Shown here: positions 37,243 to 49,100 of the stretch, piece after piece | Layout of the letters: each line of letters opens with the position of its first letter | Position numbering within the stretch: position 1 is the first letter of the stretch | Notes under the pieces: generated by a model | The model's input: only the letters and a program-made list of their open reading frames with translations | The model's database searches: none | Told to the model about the DNA's origin: nothing | Position numbers and translations under genes: made by a program | NCBI RefSeq assembly: GCF_041146345.1 | Contig: NW_027191404.1 | Coordinates: 1,364,001-1,428,000 of the forward strand | Source of the DNA: Neodothiora populina | Taxonomy: Eukaryota | Direction: 5' to 3' | DNA: 64,000 nucleotides

Positions 37243-38322
37243 ATGATTTCACTCACTCCAGCCACTCTTTTGACCACCAGCGCAGCCCTGGTCGGCAACG
37301 CCTTCGCAGACGTTCTCTGGGATGGTCGTTTCAACAGTTCTACACAACCAAACCTCGAAGCCTGGTCTTTCAGTAATGCCGTTGGTGCATACCAATACTA
37401 CATCCACGGTAGCGGCGAAATGAACAAATACGTGAACTTCGACGCCGGCTTCAAGAACCCCGCCGACACCGGCAGCGAAGACGGTGTCAAGATCACGCTG
37501 GACGACACTTCGTACTGGAACGGCCAGAACATGCGCCGCACCGAGCTGATTCCTGAGACTGAGGCAGCAATCAACAAGGGCAAAGTCTACTACCACTTCA
37601 GCATCAAGCACGCGGCGACCAACGCTCCCAACACCAAGACAGAGCACCAGCTCGCCTTTTTCGAGTCTCACTTCACAGAGCTCAAGTCGGGCCTCATGTC
37701 CGGCAGCCAGGAACCATCGAGCAATTCCCTGCACTGGATGGTCAACTCCCAATCCCAGTGGAACATCTCCGACTGGACAGCCGACATCTGGCACAACGTC
37801 GCCTACGGCATCGACTTTGACCAGAACACTGTCGAATTCTACCACTCCACCGGTGCAGACGACCTGTCGCTCACCGCGGGTCCCATCTCAGCTACGACCA
37901 GCAGTGACGGCGCCGATTGGCACGTGGGCGCTCTGAGACTGCCTCCTTCGGACTCCAGCATCGGTGCCGGCGCCGAAGACTTCTACTATTCAGGCGTCTA
38001 CATCGAGAGTGGAGACGTAACGCTCTCCGTGGCTGGTCCAGGAGGCGCTGCCGCTGCTCCTGTCGCGTCTTCTCCGACAGCCCCAGTTGCCACCGCCGCA
38101 GCAATCGCCACATCGTCCTCCGTCGCGCCGTCTTCTTCCGCTCCTGCACCTACCACTCTGCAGACTATAGTCAAGTCTTCTTCTACTGTTACTGCTTCCT
38201 CATCTTCGTCGTCTGTCACTGTCTCTTCTAGCGAGGCCGCTCCCACTGCTACCAGCGCTGCTCCTTCTCCTCCCTCTGAGGCTAGCGAGGGCGATTGCGC
38301 CGTCGAGTATGTGTATGCTTAG
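37243..38322 (+). CDS. Secreted glycoside hydrolase family 131 beta-glucanase with Ser/Thr/Ala-rich tail
   Basis: Signal peptide (..GNAFA/DVLWDGRFN). GH131 motifs WSFSNAVGAYQYYIHG, WNGQNMRRTELIP, EHQLAFFESHFTELK, SSDGADWHVGALRLP. Confidence 0.9.
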   Translation: MISLTPATLLTTSAALVGNAFADVLWDGRFNSSTQPNLEAWSFSNAVGAYQYYIHGSGEMNKYVNFDAGFKNPADTGSEDGVKITLDDTSYWNGQNMRRTELIPETEAAINKGKVYYHFSIKHAATNAPNTKTEHQLAFFESHFTELKSGLMSGSQEPSSNSLHWMVNSQSQWNISDWTADIWHNVAYGIDFDQNTVEFYHSTGADDLSLTAGPISATTSSDGADWHVGALRLPPSDSSIGAGAEDFYYSGVYIESGDVTLSVAGPGGAAAAPVASSPTAPVATAAAIATSSSVAPSSSAPAPTTLQTIVKSSSTVTASSSSSSVTVSSSEAAPTATSAAPSPPSEASEGDCAVEYVYA

Positions 38323-38962
38323 ATTTATAACCAATCAAAAAAGGCGAGAACCACCTCGCTATTCGACGGTTACTTGGCTTCCAGGGGTCACAAGTTGGGT
38401 TGTGGAAAAGGGGGTCTAGTGGCTAGCTAGCTAGCTCTGACCTGCATCCATGTTCAGATCTAAAATATATGAAAGAGGACATAGAATCAAAGTAGATGGA
38501 ACCGAGAGGACGTCGTGTCTTGACCCTTGCGATTGATATCTGCTCTTTCGGCTCGTTCATTGATCCTGTATTGCAATGCTGAGAAATAGCGATAGGGGGG
38601 GCTGTGTCTAGTATAGTGCAGTATATCATATTGTGAGTCAAAGATATTGTAATCTATTGGTTTCGTGAGGAACATCAAATGAAATGCTGGTGTTACTACT
38701 ACCGCTGTTATCTTAACCGTTCAAGAAAAGTAGGTACTAAGGGGGAAGTGAAGACCAAAGTAGGAATTTCCCACTTCAGTACCTTGACATTCCCAAGTCC
38801 CCAGCTTTCGTTGTTCCCGGCTTCTTGATATCAGCCGATCCAGTAGACCTCTCAGATCGAGGAAGAAAAAGCCCAAACCTCAAACCTCAAAACCGCGCAC
38901 CAACAAAAGACCCTCAACTCACACCTCAAGATCAAGGAAAGAAGATAAGAAGAATAAAACCA

Positions 38963-39637
38963 CTACTCATCATCAACAACCCTTCCCACCCTCCGCTCCA
39001 CAACCCCATAAACCGCCCTGACCGCCCCCCTCCCACCGGCCCCACCACCTGCAGCACCACCATAATCTCCACTCCCAGCACCCGAAACCCGCCCCCTGAT
39101 CCCCCCGACCCTCTCAGCACACCACTCCAACTCCGCCCTCGTCTCCCTCGCCGCCTCGATGCCGTCTTCGAAGCTCGTTTTGGCGCGCGACAGACGCGCC
39201 GTCGCTAGGGATGTCAGGGCTGCTAGCTCAAGGGATTTAGAGGCTAGGAGGGCGGCGGATCGGTCGTTGTCGTCGTCGGTATGGTAGCGGGGTGGCGGGG
39301 TGGGGTTGTAGTAGGAGGATGTTGGGGAGGATGAGGCGGAAGAAGAAGAGGATGAGGAAGAGGAGAGGGGCAAAGAGTAGGTCTGGCCGCCTGTTGAGAT
39401 TGTCGATCTTGTTGTTGGGGCTGGAGAGGGGAGGGGTCCCGTGTTGATGTTGTTGCTGCCTGGTAAGTAGTACCGTGAGGCAGACTCTGGGTTTTTGGTT
39501 GTTGTGTAGGTTGTTGGGTTCAAGTGGGTTGCTTTAGGAGGCAGATGCCAGGGCTGCTGGTGTTGATACTGGGGGGCTTGAGTGTAGGGTTGCTGTTGTT
39601 GGTAGTGGGCGTAGTTGTAGGTTGATGTGGAAGACAT
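38963..39637 (-). CDS. Divergent KxDL-domain (Kxd1-like, BLOC-1/BORC) protein
   Basis: ATG at 39637 (MSSTSTYNY). A Y/Q/P/S-rich N-terminus precedes the coiled coil LLASKSLELAALTSLATARLSRAKTSFEDGIEAARETRAELEWCAERV, which resembles the recalled fungal KxDL pattern (..QARL..T...F.EG..DA.EVR.DLEW.QK.V). Confidence 0.6.
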   Translation of the reverse strand: MSSTSTYNYAHYQQQQPYTQAPQYQHQQPWHLPPKATHLNPTTYTTTKNPESASRYYLPGSNNINTGPLPSPAPTTRSTISTGGQTYSLPLSSSSSSSSSASSSPTSSYYNPTPPPRYHTDDDNDRSAALLASKSLELAALTSLATARLSRAKTSFEDGIEAARETRAELEWCAERVGGIRGRVSGAGSGDYGGAAGGGAGGRGAVRAVYGVVERRVGRVVDDE

Positions 39638-40385
39638 TTTGAAAGGAGTCTTGGTTCGGAATGTTGTAGTGGACGAGTTTTGAGACTTGAGATTGGGCTT
39701 TTGATAGTACAGTAGTAGGAAGAAGAAGAGATTGAAAGAAAAAGTGAAAGGCATGCCTCTTGATATACCCGACCTCCCCACCCTTTTCTCTCTACAGATG
39801 TCCGTACCCTCCATCGCACTCACGCAATGCCTCCCCCCTCTTTGTCCTCCCTGTACTCCAGACGGCAACACTAGCGAAGAAGCCACAAGCATCGAAGCGA
39901 TAGCAGAGCACCAACATCTGTACCACCATACCTTGACCGAAGCTAGGTTGGGCGTTACATTCGCACCCACACTTCTCCGGTAGTCACTACACTAGACGCT
40001 GCATTAACCCACACCCATCCTTGCAAGGAGGATCACAGCCAGACACCCATATAAAAATTTGGCGAGCAGCGGACGTAGTTATTCCATGGACGGACACGAG
40101 GTGCGTCTGTGTGTGTTCACGCCATCGAGTCGGGCAGCGAAAGGATCCACCAGTACATGTGGTAGACACTCACGCTCTGAAGACGCAAGCGAAGATAACG
40201 GCCTGGGCGAGGTGATTGGGAAGAATACCTTTTGAACATTGCATGATTGATGGCGGTATCAGGCAGCATTCGGGCGAGTGTGTATTCGAATCTACCATAC
40301 TACTACGGCGGGGATGCATGCTTCCGTCATGTATGGACGTTGAGCTTACTGTCTGTCATTCTTCGCTTCATGGGCTTTACCCAGC

Positions 40386-40389
<4 letters not shown>

Positions 40390-40416
<27 letters not shown>
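40390..40416. repeat. (TA)13 microsatellite
   Basis: Perfect TA run read directly. Confidence 0.95.
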
Positions 40417-41320
40417 GGTGCAATCTCATAGTAGAGAAGAAGCTAGTTGCTAGTGACAGTACTCAGACTCCGACCAATTGCTCATTATAGCACTGTATCG
40501 TATGCAATTGCCAGGCGAAACGAGCATCCATCATCAACAACAGCATGAGGTGAAGTCCAAACGGTTTCTCGGAAACAGGGTCTTCCACACGCGCAAGGGT
40601 CAGGCATTGATGCAATGCTGCCTCGCGCATCTCGCTGATTGGACAAAAGCAGGGATTCGGGCATCCTTGAACAGAAGCCACAGAAAGGAATGTATCGATT
40701 GATACCTTAATCACTCGTTTGTATCTTCGATTTTAAATGCCTCTCTGGCCTTGTAGTCATGAGCCTGATGCAAGCACTATTCCAAGCGAAGGGTAGTCGA
40801 CTTTTGGACTCGCTGCTGTTGGGCATTACTGATCGAGGTGTCGTTATTGTCCGATAAGACTGTCTAACAGATGTTGTCCTCGCCTCGTCGGAGACGACAA
40901 CTGCTTCGTTGCAGAAAGAGAAAGAATCTACTTTCTTAGTATTGATTCTCTTTAACACTTATCGTACATTTTTGATGTTGTGATCTTCGATGACACACTA
41001 TCCATAGTAAAAATTATACTTGGTATTGTTTGTATACCGAGGTGTGATGCACGGGTGTTTATAAATTCATGACGTAGTGTCAAACTATACTGTAAATCGC
41101 ATTGAGTAGAGAGCCAAATACAACATACAGTAGACCTGAGACTATCATATATTCATGCATTTATCATTATTACTAATTCCAATCGTCTATCGTCGAGTCG
41201 ATTAGTACTAGTCTAAGTCGAGTGCCTACAGACACGGGTTGTCGAGACCTCTTTCATTCTATATTCTAGCAAAAGTCGGACTGTAGATACTGTATATATG
41301 ACACCCAGACTACATGCATA

Positions 41321-42562
41321 ATGTCTAAGAGCGCCCTTCATGCCGCCTACAAGAATCTCCTAGAACGGGGCCGATTGACCACAAATCCAGGACAAGCGGC
41401 CTTAGTATCCCGATTGGTGACCCTACAAACAGACCTTGCCAACGAGCCAAATCCAGAAACTCCCCATACCGGACTCTACATCTATGGAAATGTCGGAACA
41501 GGCAAATCACGCATCGCGGACCTGTTCGCCGCCACCTTGCCCTCTGAGGTCTCCAAACGACGCATCCATTTCCACGAGTTCATGATGGACATCCACATGC
41601 GGCTGCACACAGCGCGCTCACAGTCCTCATACCGCGGCGATCCACTAGTGCAAATCGGCCATGAAGTCAGCAGCGAGAGCAAGGTGTTATGTTTCGACGA
41701 GTTCCAAGTGACGGACATCGCGGATGCCATGATTCTGAAACGACTATTCGGTGCCATCTGGAGCAGTGGAGGCGTCATGGTGGCGACGAGCAATCGACAC
41801 CCGACGAACCTGTACGAAAAGGGCCTCAATCGCTCGCTGTTCCTGCCCTTCATCGACGAACTACAACGACGCTGCGAAGTGTGGAAAATGGAAGGCAATC
41901 TAGACTACCGTATGAGCACTTCATCAAACGCAAACCAGCGCGATACAGTCTTCTTCAACGACGCCTCTCAATTCGAGGAATCCCTGCACGAAGCAACCCA
42001 CGGCGCCACTTTCGAACCAATGGAGGTACAAGTCATGATGAACCGCGTGCTGCACGTCACAGGCGCAAAAGTAGACGACAGCCACCTGATCGTGCACGCG
42101 ACCTTCGAGCACCTCTGCCAAGCCAACCGCGGCACATCCGACTACCACGCTCTATGCAAGAAAGCCAGCATCATCTACCTATCAGGACTACGGAAGTTCC
42201 GCGCCGACGAGCTGGACTTTGTGCGTCGCTTCATCACTCTGATCGACCTGGCCTACGAGTCCAGGACCCGCGTCGTGTGCCTGTCAGACGCGCCGCTGTT
42301 CGATGTCTTTAGCAATATCGTGCCGCCGGCGCGAGAGGGCATTCAGCAGCGGCTTGAAGATATGAGTGTACGCAAGGAGGGCGGCAGTAGCTCGAGTATG
42401 ATGAGCACTTTTATTGGTGAGATGGAGTGGAGCGCGACTGGTTTGCAGGGCGCTTCTCTCGCTAGTGGCGGCGCGGGCGAGACGGACGTCCGGTTTGCTG
42501 TGGGCAGAGCCGTGTCGCGTCTGTTTGAGATGGGCTCGAAGGCTTATGGTACAGGCGATTGA
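41321..42562 (+). CDS. AFG1/LACE1/ZapE-family ATPase
   Basis: Walker A GLYIYGNVGTGKS, RIHFHEFM, Walker B LCFDEFQVTDIADAMIL, VATSNRHP, RRFITLIDLAYE. Intronless. Confidence 0.92.
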   Translation: MSKSALHAAYKNLLERGRLTTNPGQAALVSRLVTLQTDLANEPNPETPHTGLYIYGNVGTGKSRIADLFAATLPSEVSKRRIHFHEFMMDIHMRLHTARSQSSYRGDPLVQIGHEVSSESKVLCFDEFQVTDIADAMILKRLFGAIWSSGGVMVATSNRHPTNLYEKGLNRSLFLPFIDELQRRCEVWKMEGNLDYRMSTSSNANQRDTVFFNDASQFEESLHEATHGATFEPMEVQVMMNRVLHVTGAKVDDSHLIVHATFEHLCQANRGTSDYHALCKKASIIYLSGLRKFRADELDFVRRFITLIDLAYESRTRVVCLSDAPLFDVFSNIVPPAREGIQQRLEDMSVRKEGGSSSSMMSTFIGEMEWSATGLQGASLASGGAGETDVRFAVGRAVSRLFEMGSKAYGTGD

Positions 42563-43150
42563 GAATGAAGAAGGCAGGCGGGAAGGAACGAATATCAGCA
42601 AGCGATTTGTGTCTTGATTACAGAGTGGGTCTTCCACAGATATGATATACGACACGTAATCTGCGTCCGCAAACTCGAGGGGTCAGTCGGGCAAGCACAT
42701 CTGCGCCATCTTGAAGACCGGGGCGAAGGTTCCGCAATATACAGTACCACTTACTGCAAAGCTTATCGCAAGCCACATGCCAACGGCGAGCAAACACGAA
42801 GACAGCCTACAGCTTAGCGTTGGAAAAAACGACCCATCCGATTCATCTGCAGGCGAGCCGCGGGTGAGAGCTCATGAGCAGTCACACACATCAAAATCGA
42901 ATGGCATTTGTACAAGTAAATCGCTTTTTTCCATACTCATCAGATGAGACATGTATAGATAGAAAAAAAGAAAATCTACGGGCATCTTTGTCATTGTCTC
43001 CAAATGTTTTTTTTACCAAGTCTGAACATCTGGCACTGAACAGACCTGGCTCAAAGAAACAGAAAAGCTTCCCCATCCTGCATCTATATCATGTCACATG
43101 TGCATGCCTTTTGTGGGTAGCTCTATCCCTATCCACAACGCTTCTTTTTC

Positions 43151-46100
43151 TTACTCGAAGGCCTTGTCTCCAAGATCGACGCGACCAACGCTCATGACCT
43201 CTCTCATATCTTCCTGCTCATCAGAGCTGAGGTTCAATCCACCAGCGCCACCTTCGGCTTCTCTTCTCTCTCTGGCCTGACCGGCAAGTCTCATGGCGAC
43301 ACGCTTGAAGTAGTCGCTCATGCTTCTCTTGGGACCGGGGCCGAGCTTCTCACCTTCGCTAGCCATGTACTTGTCGAACACAGCACTTTCCTCGTCGACG
43401 ACAGAGAACAAGGACAAGAACGCTGCTTCAGCGGCCAGCTTGATGGGGATGACCATATCGCGCACGCCACCGAAGACGGCGGGCACGAGGATGTTCAGGA
43501 ATGGTCGTGTGATGGTATTGTGGTCTTCGCGGGAGACGGTGCGGACAACGACAAGCGCTAGGCGGCGAGTATCGATTGACTGTCCTGGTGCGATTGAGTT
43601 TGCAAGACCTTCGATGATCGGCTTGACGGTCTCCTGTGACTTGTCTGAGGATGGTGCGAGGAGGTATTTGCCAGCTGCCAATATACTGTTGTCGCGGATG
43701 GCGGGGCTGGCGTTGCTCATACCCTGGACCAAAGTCTCCTGGAGCTCGGTGGGAAATTTCTCCGTGAGGGCTTCAGGAGATTCGACAAGGATACTATTGA
43801 GGGCAAGCACAGAGGGGTAGGTGAACTCTGGTGAGAGAACACGATGTCTGTAACAAAATGAGATTAGTGTTCAAACAGTGATCAACGAAAACGAAGATAC
43901 GTACCTGATCAAGCCTGCAGCGATATCCTCGGGTAAGACCTTGATAAGCGCACCGAGCAACCTGGCATTTGTGACGACCATGGCCTCGTCTTCTTCTCCA
44001 GTCTCTGAGTCGATGAGGCCTAGAATGGCGTTTCTTGAAGCCTCGTTCATGGTCGCGCCAGCTTGGCTTACCAAGTTGTAGAGGGCCTTAATCATTGCAG
44101 TTCTGACACCAGAATCAGCTGTCTTCGATCCGGTGACCAACTCGGCGATCAGAGGGTCAATTCTTGGGGTGAGCTTGATGAGGGTGCCCAAAGCCTTGGC
44201 TGCACGGATGCGCAGGATCTCACTCGAGTTGTCGCCAAGAGCCTTTGTGAACGTGCGTTGCAATTGCGGCAGGAAGGGCTTGAGGAAGAGAGGAATCTTT
44301 TCAAGAAGATTGTTAAGTGCATAGAGGATTGCCGACTTGACCTCGACTGAACGCTCGGATACAACACGAATAAGAGGTCCAGTGATTTGGGTGACGGATG
44401 GCTTAAGCGCATCAGCACTGGTGCGGTCAATGATGTCCGATATTGCGAGCGCAGCCTGGGTTCGCTGTTCTGCGGAGCCATTCATCAAACCTTGCAAGAA
44501 GATAGGCAAGATGGCGTTGATGCCCTTTGGCAAGCAGAAACCGGGCAAGTTGTGGCCTGCAACACCGACTTGGTTGAGTGTCTGGCGAGTGGAGATAACC
44601 AAAGACTCCATCTCCTCCTTGCGTAGACGCTGCGTGAGTGCCGTGAGGGCAGTATGTGCTGCCTTGACGACATCAGTGTCGCTGTCGTCGAACGAAATGA
44701 GCAGGGCCCTGATGAGATCTGGGTAGTAGCGCGACATGTCGACATCCGAGTTCTTGAAAAAGTTGGCGAGATGGAGATCCGCAGTACCGCGTCTTCTGTG
44801 ATCGTCATGCTTGACCATAGCGAGCATTGTGCTCATCGTGGTGTTCAGACCGTCATACTCATCGATTGACAGCAGGATAGCATCGAAAGAGCCCTCCAAC
44901 TCGGCCTTGGTGTCTACATTCTTCGCACCCAGGATGCTATCCATGATTGTGTTGAGGATGTTGGGTAATCTCCTTGACATTGCTCCACTGGCAACTTGTG
45001 CGAGTGAGGCAAGAGCTCTAGCATTGAATGGACTGACAGGAGGAGTGAGAAGAGTGGGCAGGAGGTTAGGCAAGATGATGTTGGATCTTGTCTGTTCGGT
45101 AAGCAGAGTAAGAAGGGCAGAGAGAGCATTCTCGGCATCGTCGTCCGAGCGCAGGAGATTGAGAAGGTACGGTAGAACTTGATCGACAGCCCTCTTGCCA
45201 AGGATCTTCTGCAGTGAGTCAAATGCCTCCGCTGCTGCCTCTCTAACGTCGTTGTCCGAATCGACAAGTGCAGTGCGCACAACTGAAATAAGAGTCTTCT
45301 CGTATTCCTCAAGTGCATCGGGTGAAGCCGAAGCGATGAGCTCGCGCAATGCAATACAGATACCTTGCTTAGCATCTGCATCGGTTGATGTCACCAAGCC
45401 CTCCTCGAGAGTGGGTAGCAAAGTGGCCAGGACACCTTCTCCAGCCTTTCTGATGAGCTCGCCCAGTGCGTTACCAGCAATCTCCTTCTGTTCCATGTTG
45501 GAACTAGCGAGGCGACGGATAAGCATCTGGGTGAGAGTGGGAACAAGCTCACGCAAAGTACGAGGCGAAGCAACAAGAGCCTTCCAGACATTAATGGATG
45601 CTGTACGGACGAGACCAGAAGTATCGCAACGGCAGATGTAAAGTGCAGAGAGAACCTTGTTACGCTTCTCTTCTCCAAGTACCTCAAGTAGAGACTGTCC
45701 AGCTTCGTTGGCGCCTTCCTCGGCTTCTTCTTGTTCAGGTGTACCGGTAATACCAGTGAGGTTGAAGAGGAGATCTCCAACCAATTCGACTGAACTGAGA
45801 CGAATACGGTAGCTGTCATCTCCGAGACCACGCTCGAGCTCAGGAAGCAGAAGGTCAATTGCACGGGTGGCGAAGTTCTTGACCAAGAGACGACCGGCTC
45901 GGAGAGCTGTCTCACGAATAGACTCGACGTCATCCGCCAGACCCGCCAAGATCGGTGGAATGATCTTGCTAAGGTAGTTGGAAAAGCTGTTGCCGAAACA
46001 AGCGGGCAAGAAGATGAACAGCGACATGAAACCTTCGCGAACAGATGGCTTGGAGCTGGTAGCGTTTTGGAGGATGGTTGGGAGAGTTTCTTCCAGACGG

Positions 46101-49100
46101 CCAGTACCAAGACCGGCGAGAACCTCGGAAAGAGCTTGTGCCGAACCAAGTCTGTCACCAGCACCAGTGTCGGACTTGAGGGTCGACATAAGACTTGGGA
46201 TGAGGTCGGGCAGAGCGTCCTCGCCAAGTTTCTCAATAAGTGAACCCAGAGCCTTGGAGGAGGTAGCACGCGTCGTTGGCACTGGATCAACGACGGCAAC
46301 TCTGAGGCCGGCAACAAGGATTGGTAGATGAACTATAAGATCCTTACGATCTGTCAGATGTGCCAAGCTACCAATAATTTGTGCTGACTTCCTCTTAGTC
46401 GCAGAGCGATCACCCAGACCACGCTCCAGGACACGAACGACAAGGGCAAGGGAAGGTGCATCAAGGTAGTGGATGAAATTGACCTTGATCAGAGCGTCCA
46501 AGGCATCGTCGGTGTACTTGGTTGCGTCGCTCAATGCCTTAAGCAAGATGCCAACTTGACTCTTGATCTCTGGGTTCTCGATGACTTCACCGAAGCGTTG
46601 CAAACTTCGGTTCGCAGACAGTCTGACTTCCTTGTGGGTGTCGTTGAGGACGTCTGTGAGAGGAGGAATGATATCGGGCAAGCTGATCGCCAATTGTTGG
46701 GGAGCCAAATAGGCCATGGCACCTAGAGAGTCGCAGGCACCCTTCTTACTCCGCCATTGCTGCTCGTCAAGACCATCCAGCAGGGTAGGGAGAACCTGCT
46801 TCACGCCGTATGCACTGAGAGAAGAGAAGCAAGTCTTAGCTGCATCAAGACATGCCTCGCGTACATCAGCGCTGCTGTCGCCGAAACCAACAAGAAGTTG
46901 TGGTACGATCTGAATGATGTAAGGCTCGAAAATACGACCAAGGATGAGAGACAGTAGCTCATAAGCGAGGAAAGCGCCTTGTCTCTTGTTCGGGTCCTTC
47001 TTTTCTTCGGTGGCTCCTGCTAGAGACGACATGATGCGGAACTCGCGAAGCGACGAAATGCCTCTGCCCTTTACGATACCGGCAAGACCGTATGCGGCAC
47101 CCCTACGAGTGGCGTACTTCTTGCCCAGTAGGAGCTCTTCCATCATTTGCTGTATGTACTGGGATGCCTCCTTGCTTGAGGCCTGCACAAGAGGTGGCAG
47201 ACATTGTGACACGGCATATTGTACAGATTCAGAAGGCGTGCTCAAGGTCGACAACAGGCGTTGGACGACCTTGGGTACTCTGCTGTCTCCAGCTGGCAAA
47301 TGACGGGCGAGAGCCCCATACAGAATCACCACCGCCTCGTTGACCAGGTCTTGAGCCTGCGATCCGGTGTCGGGTCCCTCGAGAGTGCTCTCGCAAAGCT
47401 TCATCAGAGGCTCGACTTGGACCTTACCCTTGGAGTTGATGATGGTGGTAGCTGCATCAACCATGGTGTCTCGGACAGTGCCGTTCTTGTCGCCAAGAGG
47501 GCCATCAGAGATCAGGAATTGCATGAAAGGTACGAGCTGCTCGCTCTGGAAGGTTGGCGTGAGTTCCTTGAAAGTCAAAGCAATACCATGCCTGGATTGC
47601 CAAGGATCCTCCAAGCTCATCTTGATAGGCATGCCGTACTTGTCGCGTTGTAGGGTTCTTGGCTTAGCGTCTTCCTTGTATGTATCTTGCAGCTGGGCGA
47701 GAACATCCGGAGATACATCTGGATGAGCTAGTACAACAGCAGCAATGGAACGTGCCGCAGCACGGCGAAGCTGCACGTCGTCCGAACGTAGGTACTCCAT
47801 CAGACGGGCAGCGGAGTCGGGTGAAGTCTTCAGGTCGTTCTCCTCCCAAATCGCTGCAGCCAGATCACGGTTCTCATCAACATCATCGTGCTTTGCCAAC
47901 CAAATCTCATCGTAGAAATCATGATCGGCAAGATCGAAAGACTCATCAATTGACTGAAGCACGACTGTTCGCACAGAGACATCAGGGACGATCGCGCCTT
48001 TCACAACCACGGCGACTTCGGCCTCGGTTGCGTTGGGTGCGACGCTTCTAGAAATGTCGGCAAAGCAGTCCTTCAGCTCCAAGAAGTGCTGCTGATAAGC
48101 CTGAAGCGAAGAGATGACGCAGGAAAGCAATTCATTTCGAGCAAGCCTGGGCTCAGCACAGATTTCGGCGTGGAAAGATAGAACCTCAATGGCAAGTACA
48201 ATCTGCTCATCAGCTTCGTCACCGGTGCGTCCAATTCCGCCATTTTCCAGTACAAGGAAGGTAAGCGGTAGGATATAGCTGAGTGTCACGGCGTCCAAAG
48301 GTCTTTGTTCTCCAAGGAATCGGAGGCGATAGAGTACACGTGTAACGAGCTCGCCGAGCGACTCTTCTTGTAGGGACTCGGGTAGTGTTGTCAGACCAGC
48401 TGCGCGTAGAGTGGCTACACCGACAAACTTCCGCATGGGACCAAGCCTTGACGAAGTCTTCTGAGCACAATCAAGGTAAGCAAGAGTGGCAGAATCTCCA
48501 AGAACAAGTCCAGCACCCGCATTGATGACATCAAAGAGGCGCGCAGTAGTGGTTGTGAACCAGCTCTCAGCCTCTGTTGGAGGACCGTTCACGAGGCCAG
48601 TAACCATACCAATTCCGCGTCTTAGCTTCGCGACCACACCGGCTACATCCTTTCGAATGACAGACTCCTTTTCGAGCTGTGCCTTGACCTTGGCTTGCTC
48701 CTCAGGTGTAAGTTTCTTGGTGGTACCCTTCTTAGCGGCGATGGATGCTCTGAGCTCCTGTTCCCATTTCAAGTCGTTGTAGTCCTTGCTGTTCTTGCTT
48801 GGTGCTTGTGCTTGTGTCTGTCCAGCCAGAACATCAACAAATGCAGTTCCCTCGGGCGTGCGGAAGATGGCGGCCTCCTCGGGCCCGATGTCTTTCAAGA
48901 GAGACGGGTCTAGGTCGCTGCAGATCTGGTGTAGTATGATTGGTAAGAGCGCTGTTGGCGCAACAAACGCTAGATCAGCTGCAGCGTTAAACGCGGCTTT
49001 TTGAAAAGCAGCGATGGAGACAAGAGACTGGTCTTCGGTCACGCGGGTAATCTGAGCGATGCACCCAGATGAAGCTCTCGTCGCAAGCTCGCCTGGGTCC

